A stretch of 49,136 nt of DNA from Chiloscyllium plagiosum (Eukaryota), in the NCBI RefSeq assembly GCF_004010195.1, contig NC_057752.1, positions 6,507,956 through 6,557,091 of the forward strand, read 5' to 3'. Positions within the stretch are counted from its first letter, which is position 1; every line of letters begins with the position of its first letter. Made by a program: the position numbers and the translations under genes. A model generated the notes under the pieces. The model was not told where the DNA came from, searched no databases, and worked only from the letters and a program-made list of their open reading frames with translations. Below are positions 11,735 through 23,369 of the stretch, in pieces.

Positions 11735-11960
11735 CGGTGGTTGGTTCGCTGATTTAGATGGACGGCTGCTTTGTGATGCACAGTAGCTCCAACATCATGG
11801 GTTCAATTCCTGTACCAGCTGAGGTACTGTGAAAGACTCTCCTTCTCAACTTCTAACGTCTGGTGACCCTCAGGTTAAACTCGTCACCAGTTATCTCTCT
11901 CTCTCTCTTTCTCTCTAACGAGAGAACAGCTCTATGGTCTGATAAGATTATTGCAATTTT
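11735..11960 (+). mobile_element. tRNA-derived SINE with internal (CT)n
   Basis: B-box-like gggttcaattcc near 11799-11810, body gtgaccctcaggttaaac, CT microsatellite. No full cloverleaf. Confidence 0.45.
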
Positions 11961-12184
11961 TATCTGACACAACAAAATTCCAACATTTTTCACTTAACTG
12001 AGAATTAATAGCAAGATTTTTTTAAAAAGATCCCAATCCTAATTAGTTTAAAATTAATTAGATGTGTGGATTTTCCCTTTTCTTTGGGACATTCTTTTTC
12101 ACATCATTGTTTTGAACTTTGAAATATTCTGTTTTAGATGGGTTCATAGTGACAGAGCCTGGTACAAACTGCACCATACATTTA

Positions 12185-12575
12185 TGTCAGCTTAGCTCAG
12201 TTGTTCCAAATTCCATGACAGAGACTTGAACACATAATCTAGACTAGGGAATCTGAGGGGGTGCATTGTAAGAGGTGCCATCTTTCATTGAGATGTTTGA
12301 CTGAGATCCCATCCACCTCCTTAGAAGAAGATCAAAGATTCCAGCCACGATTTGAAGGTGTATGGAGGACTCCTGATGTCTTGGCCAATATTTAACCCAA
12401 CCAAGCCCCCACCAAACCATCGACTAGTAATTGATCGCATCGCAATTAATGGAACTTTTCTGTGCACAAATTCACTTCTGCATTTGGCTCTATAATAACA
12501 GTAATGATCAGTTTCAAGAATACTTTGAAATATCTGGGAATGTGAATGGTGCTCTATAAATGCTAATTTACATAT
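12185..12575 (+). mobile_element. Deu-core SINE (SacSINE1/AmnSINE1-like)
   Basis: tRNA-like head (tagctcagttg), Deu-like core (gatgtcttggccaatatttaaccc...tgtgcacaaatt) and ctctataaatgc tail. Confidence 0.6.
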
Positions 12576-12943
12576 CAACCTTATTATTATTATAAAGCAT
12601 AGCGCGGGGGGGAGCTGGAAAAAAAAAACTATCATCCAAACCCACACTCTGATCAGACCACAGAAGCCAGCTGGAGAGAAACACCCAGAAATAGCTAAAC
12701 CAAACCAGAAAATCTCTTCTGTGCCCCCTCCAGCCCAACTGCCAGTCAAATAGTCCAGAAGAAAGCCTCAGATTAACAATGTACCTGAACCTAACCACAT
12801 TTCAAAGTTAAATTGACCAAACTGCTTTTGTGTTTTTTGTGAGCTGGGGGCTGGGGAGAGGAGGCCAAATCTGTGCTTGAGAAGGACTGGATCAGACACT
12901 TCTGTAATGTCCCGAGAATTGAACAGCCAACTATTCACAAATG

Positions 12944-13048
12944 AAAAATGGCCATTTAGGTAGAGTATTGGAAGCCATAATGCATATAAAAGCCAAAAAT
13001 GGCCATTTAGGTAGAGTATTGGAAGCCATAATGCATATAAAAGCCAAA
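12944..13048. repeat. Perfect 51-bp tandem duplication
   Basis: aaaaatggccatttaggtagagtattggaagccataatgcatataaaagcc at 12944-12994 and 12995-13045, followed by aaa. Confidence 0.95.
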
Positions 13049-13269
13049 GTGCACATGTAGGCATTCACCAGTCAGTATCAGTAGCTCAGGAAAAGGAAAG
13101 TTAATAGAAGGAGAAATTGTGCACAAGAAGTCAAAACATTTGAGACAGAGTTTGACATTTGGAACACTAAGGCCTTCACCTTTAAGAAAAAGGACCAACT
13201 TATTATGAAAATTATAAAACCATAGATTCCAAATTTGGAGGACTCCAATTGATTGACTGCTATACTTAC

Positions 13270-13404
13270 AGCCTTTTACGGAATCCTTTGTCTCGTTGAA
13301 GTCCAACCTCTCCTTTGGGTTGTGAAGAATGTCAGCCCAGTTGATGGCCTGTGTGTGACACAGGAAATTGTTGCTTTCCAAATACACACCTCCCAGCAGA
13401 ATCT
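13270..13404 (-). CDS. ERBB3: ErbB receptor exon 4 (135 nt), end of domain I
   Basis: Acceptor ttttgtggtgtAG, donor GTaagt. Translates EILLGGVYLESNNFLCHTQAINWADILHNPKERLDFNETKDSVKG(C). Phase 1/1. Confidence 0.9.
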
Positions 13405-14105
13405 CTACACCACAAAAAAAGGACAGAGAAGGAGATAATGTTTATCCACCTGAAATATTTAATAAAATCTATGGATACTTTCTTTAAAAAAAACAAAATA
13501 TCAACATTATATAATACTTTAGTCATCTGTCTTTTGGGTCAAACAATTATTTTCAAATACTATAAAATATTACATAGAACCCATTCTTCCTAGAGGATTG
13601 CTTATTTGGATGAAAGAAAACTAAAATCTCCACCAGGTGGCTCAGTAGGTAAATGCACCACATATACTGGTGAAAAAGGAAGTCATGCATATATCTAGTT
13701 TTGCATCACTCTTCTCCAGAAAGGTCTCAAAGCATTTGCATTCAAAAATTTTGTTGAAATGCAGTAATTGCAAATACATGGTCAAATGCTCTTCTGCACT
13801 CAGCAAGGGCCCTCATTCAGCCTAATAGACCAGGAAAGCTCCAAGCTCAATTACTAGCTTCATGTTGAATTACTAGATCTCAACAATGGATTTCAATATT
13901 ATTGAGCGAAGGAAAGCAAACAAAGAAAAAAAATCACACTGGGTTTCTGACCCTGGTTGTGATCTTCTAATCTCTGCCAGCTCTGTGTAGTCAGATGTGA
14001 TATCTGCACTCCTCCAATTCTGACCCCTTGAACATCCCAGTTTCAATTGTGCGCCATTGGCACCTATGCCTTTAGCTGCCAGGTCCCCAAGTTCTGGAAT
14101 TCCTT

Positions 14106-14122
14106 CCCCCCCCCCCCCCCCC
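14106..14122 (+). repeat. C17 homopolymer (G17 in the pre-mRNA)
   Basis: Direct read. Confidence 0.95.
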
Positions 14123-14142
14123 ATCTCATTCTTTCAGTCATA

Positions 14143-14361
14143 CAGTTGGTTCTGCTATAACACATCTTTCTTCAACGTGCATTGTCTATAACGCGATTGA
14201 AGAATTTAGACCATTATTTGTAGAACACAACCTTTCCTCATCTGTTTTGGCTATAACACGATTCCAGTCTCATTTGTTTAAATGGTGCTGCTATTACACA
14301 ATTTTCTTATAAAGCAGGATTGCACAGAAACAGAACTATCCCATTATATCAGAACAGATTG
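14143..14361. mobile_element. Tc1/mariner-pogo (Tigger-like) MITE, 219 bp
   Basis: TA on both sides. Termini CAGTTGGTTCTGCTATAA and TTATATCAGAACAGATTG (14/18 inverted match). Inserted in an L2-like relic. Confidence 0.75.
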
Positions 14362-14656
14362 TACCATATAATAACCTCTCTCTTTGACCAAGGTTTTTGT
14401 TAAATCAATCCCCTATCTCCTTATATGGCTCAGTTCCAACCAAACACCTTTGCGATATTTTACTATGTTAAATATGCTATATAAATGCAAGTCGCTATTG
14501 TTGAATGGAGTAATTTTATATAAGATGATGGTTCTGAAAGAGAGTTAATGTTGAAGTTATAATGCCTCCACTCAGTCTGATGATGGCACACTTACTTTGA
14601 GTGGCAAAACAGTTGGTCTTGCACAAGGTCCTGTTGGAGACAGACATGGCATACTA

Positions 14657-15604
14657 AAGTCAAGGAGATGTACAGCACGGAAACAGACCCTTCAGTCCAA
14701 CTCATCCATGCTGACCAGATATCCTAACCTATTTAGTCTCATTTGCCAGCACTTGCCCCATATCCCTCTAAACCCTTCCTATTCATATACCCATCCAAAT
14801 GCCTTTTAAATGTTGCAATTGTACCAGCCTCCACCACTTCCTCTGGCAGCTCATTCCATACACGTACCATCCTCTGCGTGAAAAGGTTGCCCCTTAGGTC
14901 TCTTTTATATCTTTCCCTTCTCACCCTAAACCTATGCCCTCTAGTTCTGGACTCCCCAAACCCAGGGAAAAGAGTCTCTCTATTTATCCTATCCATGCCC
15001 CTCATAATTTTGTAAACCTCTATAAAGTCACCCCTCAGCATCCGACGCTCCAGGGAAAACAGCCCCAGCCTGTTCAGCCTCTCCCTGTAGCTCAAATCCT
15101 CTAACCCTGGCAACATCCTTGTAAATCTTTTCTGAACCCTTTCAAGTTTCACAACATCTTTCCTATAGGAAGGAGACCAGAATTGCACGCAATATTCCAA
15201 CAGTGGCCAAACCAATGTCCTGTACAGCCACAACATGACCTCCAAACTCCTGTACTCAATACTCTGACCAATAAAAGAAAGCATACCAAACGCCTTTGTC
15301 ACTATCCTATCTACCTGCGATTCCACTTTCAAGGAGCTATGAACCTGCACTCCCAAGTGTATAAGTCCTGCTAAGATTTGCTTTCCCAAAATGCAGCACC
15401 GAGGGCCCAGCACCAATCGTTGTGGCACTCCACTGGTCACAGGCCTCCAGTCTGAAAAACAACGCTCCACCACCACCCTCTGTCTTCTACCTTTGAGCCA
15501 GTTCTGTATCCAAATGGCTAGTTCTCCCTTTATTCCGTGAGATCTAACCTTGCTAACCAGTGTCCCATGGGGAACCTTGTTGAACGCCTTACTGAAGTCC
15601 ATAT
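14657..15604 (-). mobile_element. CR1 LINE, 5' truncated, with internal deletions
   Basis: ORF 14739..15653 has DFSKAFNKVPH, SGVPQ and LEYCVQFWSP motifs. Near-identical to 47514-48669 but lacks the YINDL/FADD block. Confidence 0.9.
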
Positions 15605-15772
15605 AGCTGGTACAATTACAACGTTTAAAAGGCTTCTGGATGGATAAATGCATAGGAAGGGTTCAGATGGATATGGGCCAAATGCTGGCAAATGGGATAG
15701 GTTCAAATTTGGATGTCTGGTTAGCGTGGACAAAATGGACTGAAGTGTCTGTTTCCATGCTGCATGATTCTA
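15605..15772 (+). mobile_element. CR1 LINE 3' end fragment
   Basis: gctggtacaattacaac...atatgggccaaatgctggcaaatggga...tctgtttccatgctg; inverted relative to the adjacent CR1. Confidence 0.8.
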
Positions 15773-15968
15773 TTTTGCGTGTTCCTGAAGCATGCCCCCC
15801 ACAGACTAAGTGTTGGACTAATCACCTTAACCTCAACAAATGAAGGGGTTTTGCATTTGTTAAATAAAATAAATATATTTATTCACTGGAGAAACATATT
15901 GCAACAGGAGATTTTTTTGTGAAGTGCAAAAACAGAGCAATATATTTGAGCGGTCAGAATAATGCTGG

Positions 15969-16680
15969 TGTTATGAAAATGTGGGTGTAGTGTACCTTTA
16001 AGAGAGTTAAAAGTAACTGAACTACTTGACAGCACCAGGTGTTCTTAAAAAAGACATAATGTAACCTTTTGGTCCAGCAGTAAGGGTAGCTGGTTGCTTG
16101 GAGACACAAACAGATTCGAATTAGGCCAATCAGTTTAAATTATATCCCCCCAAAAAAACCAAATTCCAATCCAGTTTGAATTTAGTATATTGACAATCTT
16201 AAAAGCCAATGATACAATTCGATGCTTTGGGAGTATAAGACGGGGGAAAATTGAACAGTTGAGAAGAGAACTGCCAAGCTACTGGCTTGTAAAAACTGCC
16301 CGAAAATAGCTCTCTTAAAGGTACCTTTATCGATCAGTAACCTGTGAAGCAGAATCCCGAACAAGAAGAAAAGAAGACAGGAATACAGAGAAGAACTGAA
16401 AGCTGCCTGGTTTTGAGATAAGTAGTTTTGTTTTGTAAATCTTAATCGAGATTTTTATTGGATCAAGATTGTAGAGGGGAAAGTAAAAGATAGGTTAGAG
16501 GAAGAAGTTGTGAATAGTTGTTAGTTAGTGATTCTCTGTTATACTTTAAGAAATAAAGTTGTTCATTTTTACTTTAAATAGTTCTTGGCCTCTTAAATTT
16601 TCACAGATTACTGCATGGAATAAATCTTTTCTGATTTGCTGGTTTAAATTAAGCAGGAGAGTTTACCCTGTGTCGTAACA
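15969..16680 (+). mobile_element. Solo LTR (712 bp), probably Gypsy/Ty3 type
   Basis: TGTTATGA...TCGTAACA termini (7/8 inverted). 4-bp TSD CTGG (15965-68 and 16681-84). CCAAT at 16126 and 16206, TATAA at 16234, AATAAA at 16552. Confidence 0.8.
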
Positions 16681-17114
16681 CTGGATGCAAAGAGTGTATA
16701 TTTTCTCAGCATTCCTCACTGGTCTGTTGAATCTTATAGACTAGCTGAAGCACTATCATTTTCTGTATTTGTACAGTGATGTACATTGTGTTGAAGAGAT
16801 CAATTCATAGTCTCTGGTACCGTACAATGTATTTGCCAAATTTGTGTTTATTAAAATGGCTGCTCTTTTCCTTCTGCAATGGAACTCTCAACTGTTGATA
16901 ATTCAAAATGCAACTGCTGAAAAGTATCATGTTGACTTTAGTTGTAAATGCCCCCTTCCCACTTCCATTAAAAATAGAAGGTGAAAAGACAAATTCTTCA
17001 GCATAACTTCTACATACCTTGATGTACATACAGCCTATACTGAGGGTGGGAGGAAACCAAGTCAAAATAATTAAATATACACTTTCTTCACGGAGGAAAA
17101 TCATTTTTAAATAG

Positions 17115-17460
17115 GAATGAGGAGCATGGATGGGGTGAATAGCCACGGTCTTTTTCCTAGGGTGGGGGAATCCAAAACTAAAGACATAGGTTTAAGTTAG
17201 AGGGGAAAGATTTAGAAAGGACCTGAGGGGCAATGTTTTAATGCAGAGTGTGGTGCGTGTTTGGAATGAGCTGCCAGAAGTAGTGGTGGAGGTGGATACA
17301 GTTACAACATTTAAAAGGCATCTGGATGGTTACATGCACAGGAAGGGTTCAGAGGGATGTAGGCCAAGTGCTGGCAAAAAGGGAAAGGTCAGATCGGGAT
17401 GTCTGGTTGGCGCGAATGAGTTGGATCGAAGGGTCTGTTTTCTTACTGTATGATTCTAAG
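17115..17460 (+). mobile_element. CR1 LINE 3' end
   Basis: Encodes VVRVWNELPEVVVEVDTVTTFKRHLDGY; ends in tatgattcta tail. Confidence 0.85.
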
Positions 17461-17904
17461 CGTGAGAACTTTGAATCAGTACTGATCTCCAGCACAGGTC
17501 ACAATTAACAACAAGACACGAGGTCTTTTATGTAGAAAAATGGCTTCGCAGAGATGAAAGGGAAAGATAGCTAGTGCATTAAAGGCTGAGAGATGAGATG
17601 GATGACTGAAAGCTGAGTGGAAGTTGGAAGGGTTTAAGGATGGATTCTAAAGAGTGGATTTCGGAGAGGATAGGGATAACGGGGAAATCTGTTCCTCTTG
17701 TTCAAGAACCGAATTTATTCCAATACGTCCAGAAGCAACAGGATAACTAACAATTTGTGACATTACAAGCCAAAGGAAGCTACACTCTGTAAAGCGAATT
17801 GATGAGATGAATATTTGACAATATCTGTTGCTACATAAGTTCACACATTTAAGTACTCATTGCTTGCATTAACATGGCACTTTTTTGCTTTTATTTTTGA
17901 AGTA

Positions 17905-18062
17905 GTCATGATTTGGAGATGCCGATGTTGGACTGGGGTGTACATAGTTAAAAATCACACAACACCAGGTGATAGTCCAACAGGTTTGATTGGAAGCACA
18001 CCAGCTCGTGTGCTTCCAATCAAACCTGTTGGACTATAACCTGGTGTTGTGTGATTTTTATC
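17905..18062. mobile_element. 158-bp fold-back insertion with 9-bp TSD (second family, probably Penelope-like)
   Basis: TTTGAAGTA at 17896-904 and 18063-71. Arms 17949-18001 and 18008-18060 (53 bp, 1 mismatch) centred on AGCT. Confidence 0.75.
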
Positions 18063-18519
18063 TTTGAAGTAAAAATCTTTGTAATTCCACAATGTGCCAC
18101 CAGATGAATGCACAGGATCGAGTCTACATTACAGAAGGCTGGTGGCAGCAATCTCAGGAGAAAGGCATTTTCCGAGGAGCTGGTTAAGGAATACAAATGT
18201 GAGCTCTCTTTATACAATAACAAGAGGTCTATTGGAGGCCACCCTGAAGTGTAAATGAAGGCATCAAAAGTTTGTTGAAGGAGAAACTTTCACTGAATAT
18301 CTCTGACCAAATGTGCCAGTGACAGTAAAGTTAACCAACTGCTACCACTGCTTCAAGCTCATAATTCCAATTCAAAGCAAAGATGGGCTAATCACTGAGC
18401 TCACCCATGCAGACCAACAACTTGCTTTCACCCTACAACCTTCCAAAATATCTGCCCTCCTCCAGGAGCTCAATTTTAATCACTCCACCTTTGGCAACAA
18501 AATCTTCAAGTTGCTTTTC

Positions 18520-18586
18520 AGAAGGTTGGTGTAGACTTGATGGACCAAATGGCACCTTTCTGCACTGTAGGGATTCTATGATTCTT
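18520..18586 (+). mobile_element. HE1/CR1 3' tail fragment
   Basis: gaaggttggtgtagacttg...cactgtagggattctatgattct. Confidence 0.65.
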
Positions 18587-19018
18587 AAAACTATTTCCTT
18601 AACCAAACATTTGATCATCTGACTTAATATCTCATTAAATGGCTGAGGTGTCGTTTTGTCTGATGATGCAGCTCTGAAGTGCTTTAGGATATTTTGGTAC
18701 ACTAAAAGCACTACATAAATGCAAATTGTTGTTATCTTCAGTTGCTTTGAAGCCTCATTAATGCACATGCAGTCTCCCAATTGCTATATTTGCCCTGCAG
18801 TGTAACCAGGATGATGGAGGGGCTATAGGATCTACCTCGATTACTGACCTACATTCACTGAAAGGGTACTTGTAAAGAGAACATCAATACTCAACTTGAT
18901 CATGGCAGGGCAATTCAAGACATTCGCTTTGCAACAAGCTTTATCATGAGCTCCCTCATGACCCAATATGAGGAACTAAGTCATATAGATCAGGACATCT
19001 CCAATTCAATTTCTGGTA

Positions 19019-19771
19019 TGAATTTGAATTGAATTGAATATATTGTCAAGTCTACCAAAGCACAAATATAAGCTTTGTCTTGCGAGCAATACAAGCAGTT
19101 CACATAGTTAAATATCTTAGATAAGTAAATAATAGGTTACCAGCGGTAAATACAAAAACACAGGGACAGGCGAATGTTAAGGGTTTGTGAGTCCATTCAG
19201 TATTCTAACAACAGTAGGATAGAAACTGTTGCGAAACCAGCTGGTGCGTGTGTTCAGGCTTCTGTAACTTATCCCCAATGGTAGAGGTTGTAGAAAAGCA
19301 TTGCCAGGATGGGATGGATCTTTGAGAATGCTGGCAGCCCTTCCTTGACAGTGGGCCTGGTGATGGATTCTAAAGATGGGAGGTTGGCCTTTGTGATTGT
19401 CCGGGCCGAGTTCACCACTCTCTGTAATCATCTCCGATCTTGAATGGTACAGTTGCCATACCAGGTAGTGATACATCCAGACAGAATGCTCTCGGTAGTG
19501 CACCTATAGAAGTTGGGAAGGGTATTCGTCGTCATGCCAAATTTCCTGAGCTGCCTGAGGAAGAAGAGACGTTGTTGGGCCTTTGTAAGCAGTGCGTCCA
19601 CATGAAGAGTCCAAGAAAGCTTGTTGTGGATGACCACTCCCAGGAGCTTGACATTCTCCATTCGTTCCATCTCTGTGCTGTTAATGTGTAGGGGGGCATG
19701 AGTAACATCCCACTGAAAGTCAATAATGAATTCCTTGGTTTTGTTGACATTGAGAGCTAGGTTGTTCTCAG
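19019..19771 (-). mobile_element. Rex1/Babar LINE, 5' truncated
   Basis: Encodes NNLALNVNKTKE...KAQQRLFFLRQLRKF...ESILSGCITTWYG; (CAATT)n 3' tail. Paralogous to 33296-35020. Confidence 0.88.
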
Positions 19772-20931
19772 AATGCAAAATGTAATTCTGGGTCCTAACT
19801 GGGGCAGAGCAATTAGCCTCTAGCTAAGAAGAGGAAAACCAGTCAGGGTTCTTGTAGTTCAGCACATTTCAACTGTAAAATGCGTTTTATGTAGTATCAG
19901 ATGGGAATAGAATCAGACTCAACTTTGATGTGTCCTAGTCAAACAGTCCACTCACACTGACTGTCTGAGTTCCATCTTGAGAAAGCTGGATGACATATTA
20001 GAGGGGTTCTTGGCACCTGTATAGGCAGTGTGAAACAAACTCTTCAAGAGAAGAAGCAGGATGGGTGAGTATGATGCATAGCAGAAAAGCTGCAGGGTGG
20101 CTTTCTGCTGGCTAAATTTCACCATGCATATCCTTTTTGCTGCTTTGCTTTCTGAAATTTGGCTCCAATCCTGTTCCCCGGCTGAAAATCTGGTTTGACA
20201 GAAACTGTGCTTTTCTCACTGACTCATTGCAAAAGTCACAACAAATAAATCTTTTAATTACACCCGTCAAGTATCATCCAAACCCATGGATTTAACAGAG
20301 AATTCGAATGAGCTGGAGGGAAACACCAAGAGATTGTCGGTACAAAACAGACAGACAGTCTTCTTTTCCACCTGCTTAATTTGCAAGCCTTCAGATCTGA
20401 AACAATGCCTCCTTCTTAATTTAATCAACTTCCTTCGTTACGACCAGGGCTGGAGGAGTGCATTGTTGCTCGAGCTCCATTATTTCACCAGTCACAAAGC
20501 ATAAATAAAAATACTTTTCTCCAATTACCAAGATGACCAATTAAATGCCTTACCTATATTGAGTTTTTAAAGTGACAAGATCAGTCAACCTGATTTTTTA
20601 AAATCAAAACAATTATTGGTTTATTATTAAAGCAAAACTGATTCAAAAAGATGCAATAACTAGTTAACATACAGTCAGTAAGATAGAAACCGAAATTCTT
20701 CTTCCTCTAAATATCCCCAAAACACACGTGTAAACATGCAGACCCTCAAGGAGAAGAGAAAAATAAAAGGTTGCTCTGCAGAGATTAGCTTTCTGGAAAA
20801 AAATCACTTTATTAAATAGATAATGTTTAAAGGCAAAAGAACAAAAGATAGAATATTGGAGTGTCTATTGCTCAAATGTTCTCGCACATGTGGTCAGTCA
20901 CTAATCATGTATGGTTGTTTTTGAAGTCTTA

Positions 20932-22617
20932 GAACATAGAACATTCCAGCGCAGTACAGGCCCTTTGGCCCTCGATGTTGCACCGACTTGTGAAACCAAT
21001 CTGAAACCCTTCTAGCTACACTATTCCATTTTCATCCATATGTTTGTCCAATGACCATTTAAGTGCCCTTAAAGTTGGCGAGTCTACTACTATTGCAGGC
21101 AGTGCATTCCATCCCCCTACTACTCCAAATAAAAAAACTACCTCTGACATCTGTCCTATATCTATCACCCCTCAATTTAAAGCTATGCCCCCTTGTGTTA
21201 GCCATCACCATGTAAGGAAAAAAGGCTCTCACTGTCCACCATATCTAACCCTCCCATTATCTTATATGTCTCAATTAAGTCACCTCTCAACCTTCTTCTC
21301 TCCAATGAAAACAGCCTCAAGTCCCTCAGCCTTTCCTCGTAAGACCTTCCCTCCTTACCAGGCAACACCCTAGTAAATCTCCTCTGAATCCTTTCCAAAG
21401 ATTCCACATGCTTCCTATAATGCGGTGACCAGAACTGTATGCAATATTCCAAGTGCAGCCACACCAGAGTTTTGTACAGCTGCAGCATGACCTCATGGTT
21501 CTGAAGCTCAATCCCTCTACTAATAAAAACTAACACACCATATGCCTTCTTAACAACCCTATCAACCTGAGTAGCAACTTTCAGCGATCTATGTACATGG
21601 ACACTAAGATCTCTCTGCTCATCTACACTACCAAGAATCTTATCATTAAGCCCAGTACTCTGCATTTTTGTTCCTCCTTCCAAAAGTGAATCACCTCACA
21701 CTTTTCCACATTAAAATCCATTTGCCACCTCTCAGCCCAGCTCTGCAGCTTATCCATGTCCCTCTGTAACCTACAACATCCTTCTGCACTATCCACAATT
21801 CCACTGATCTTAGTGTCATCCGCAAATTTACTAACCCATCCTTCTATGCCCTCATCCAGGTCGTTTATAAAAATGATAAACAGCAGTGGACCCAAAACAG
21901 ATCCTTGCAGTACACCACTAGTAACTGAACTCCAGGATGAACATTTTCCATTAACCACCATTAACCACTTCTTTCAGCTTAGCTAATTTATGATCCAAAC
22001 CGTTACATCACCCTCAATCCCATGCCTCCATAGTTTGTGCAATAGCCTACTGTGGGGAATCTTATCAAATGCCTTACTGAAATCCATACACACCACATCA
22101 ACCACTTTGCCCTCATCCACCTGGTTGGTCACCTTCTCAAAGAACTCAATGAGGTTTGTGAGGCACGACCTACCCTTCACAAAACCGTGTTGACTATTCC
22201 TAATCAGCTTATTCCATTCTAGATGATTATAAATCCTATCTCTTATAATCTTTTCCAACACTTTACCCGCAAGCGAAATAAGGCTCACTGGTCTATTCCC
22301 CTTCTTGAACAAAGGAACAACATTTGCTATCCTCAAGTCTTCTGGCACTATTCCTATCGACAATGACAACATAAAGATCAATGCCAAAGGCTCGGCAATC
22401 TCCTCCCTGGCTTCCCAGAGAATCCCAGGAATCCAGCCCTTATCTATTTTTACACTTTCCAGAATTGCTAACACCTCCTCCTTGTGAACCTCAATTCCAT
22501 CTAGTCTAGTAGCCTGAATCTCAGTATTCTCCTCAACCAACATAGTCACACTAGAAAAAGACTATTGACAAAAAATATTCATTTAGCACTTCCCCTATGT
22601 CCTCTGACTCCATGCAT
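20932..22617 (-). mobile_element. CR1 LINE (second subfamily), 5' truncated, 8-bp TSD
   Basis: RT fragments QHGFVKGRSCLTNL, DFSKAFD, INDLD...KFADD in broken frames; (GTTCTAT)-type tail; AAGTCTTA at 20924-31 and 22618-25. Confidence 0.9.
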
Positions 22618-22789
22618 AAGTCTTACAGATAAGCTTGCTCAGGAAACACAAACTGGAGATGTTCCTTCAATCACTTTTTCAAAAGAACAAATAGATTTCA
22701 CTTGAACTTAATAGAAGGTTTTCTTTTCAGAAATAAGAAGGTTTAACTGGGCAGCTTGTTCTTAGTAGGCTTTCTTCCAACTAAACGAT

Positions 22790-22910
22790 AGTGAGAACTG
22801 CAGATGCTGGAAAGTCAGAGTCAATAAAGTGTGGAACTTGAAAAAGCATAGCAGGTCAAGCAGCATCATAGGAGGAGAGGAGTTGATGTCTCAGGTCGGA
22901 ACCTTTCACC
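22790..22910 (-). mobile_element. Degenerate Penelope-like terminal fragment
   Basis: gtgagaactgcagatgctgga...gaaaaagcatagcaggtcaagcagcatc matches the 8861 family; hammerhead core decayed. Confidence 0.7.
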
Positions 22911-23182
22911 TTGATGGTTAAACAGCTTGTCAACACTCAATATATATGTTCTCATTGGTCAGGTACAGTTGTCTATGGGACTTGACCTGAGCACTCCTTT
23001 CAGAATAGGAGAAAAAGTCACAATGTCTGCAAAGGTGCCCACAGTCATTGGAAATCCACGGTTAGGAGCTTAGTCAAGTGCTGAATCGACATTGGTAAAA
23101 GGGAATCTATGCCTTGCCCTCTTTGTATTGCACTGATCCTCCCAACAGCTTCTCCATTCACCCAGCATTTCAACAATCCTAC

Positions 23183-23369
23183 CTGTTAGCTGTTTAAATC
23201 CAAGCTGTTTCAACCCATGAACTCCATCCTTCCGATAATTGAGAATGACCGAGAGTGCATACTTGTCATCATACAGCTTTGTGCCACGTATAATTCGTAG
23301 GTTTTCTAAAGGAAGATACTCAAACTGATTGAGAGCCACTAGAACGTATCCAGTCACCTCCCGGATCGA
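23183..23369 (-). CDS. ERBB3: ErbB receptor exon 3 (187 nt), domain I
   Basis: Acceptor cacAG at 23370-71, donor GTagga. Translates [62 protein letters not shown]. 187 nt as in ERBB3/ERBB4. Confidence 0.9.

Noticed and set aside
12768..13064. Repeat-containing hydrophobic peptide (WLLYALWLPILYLNGHF x2)
   Set aside because: By-product of the 51-bp DNA duplication, whose length is a multiple of 3.
14657..15772. DNA transposon with about 170-bp terminal inverted repeats
   Set aside because: The ends are two diverged CR1 3' ends in opposite orientation; no TSD seen.
20436..20930. Possible LTR-like repeat beginning gttacgaccagg
   Set aside because: No matching far terminus or TSD could be located.
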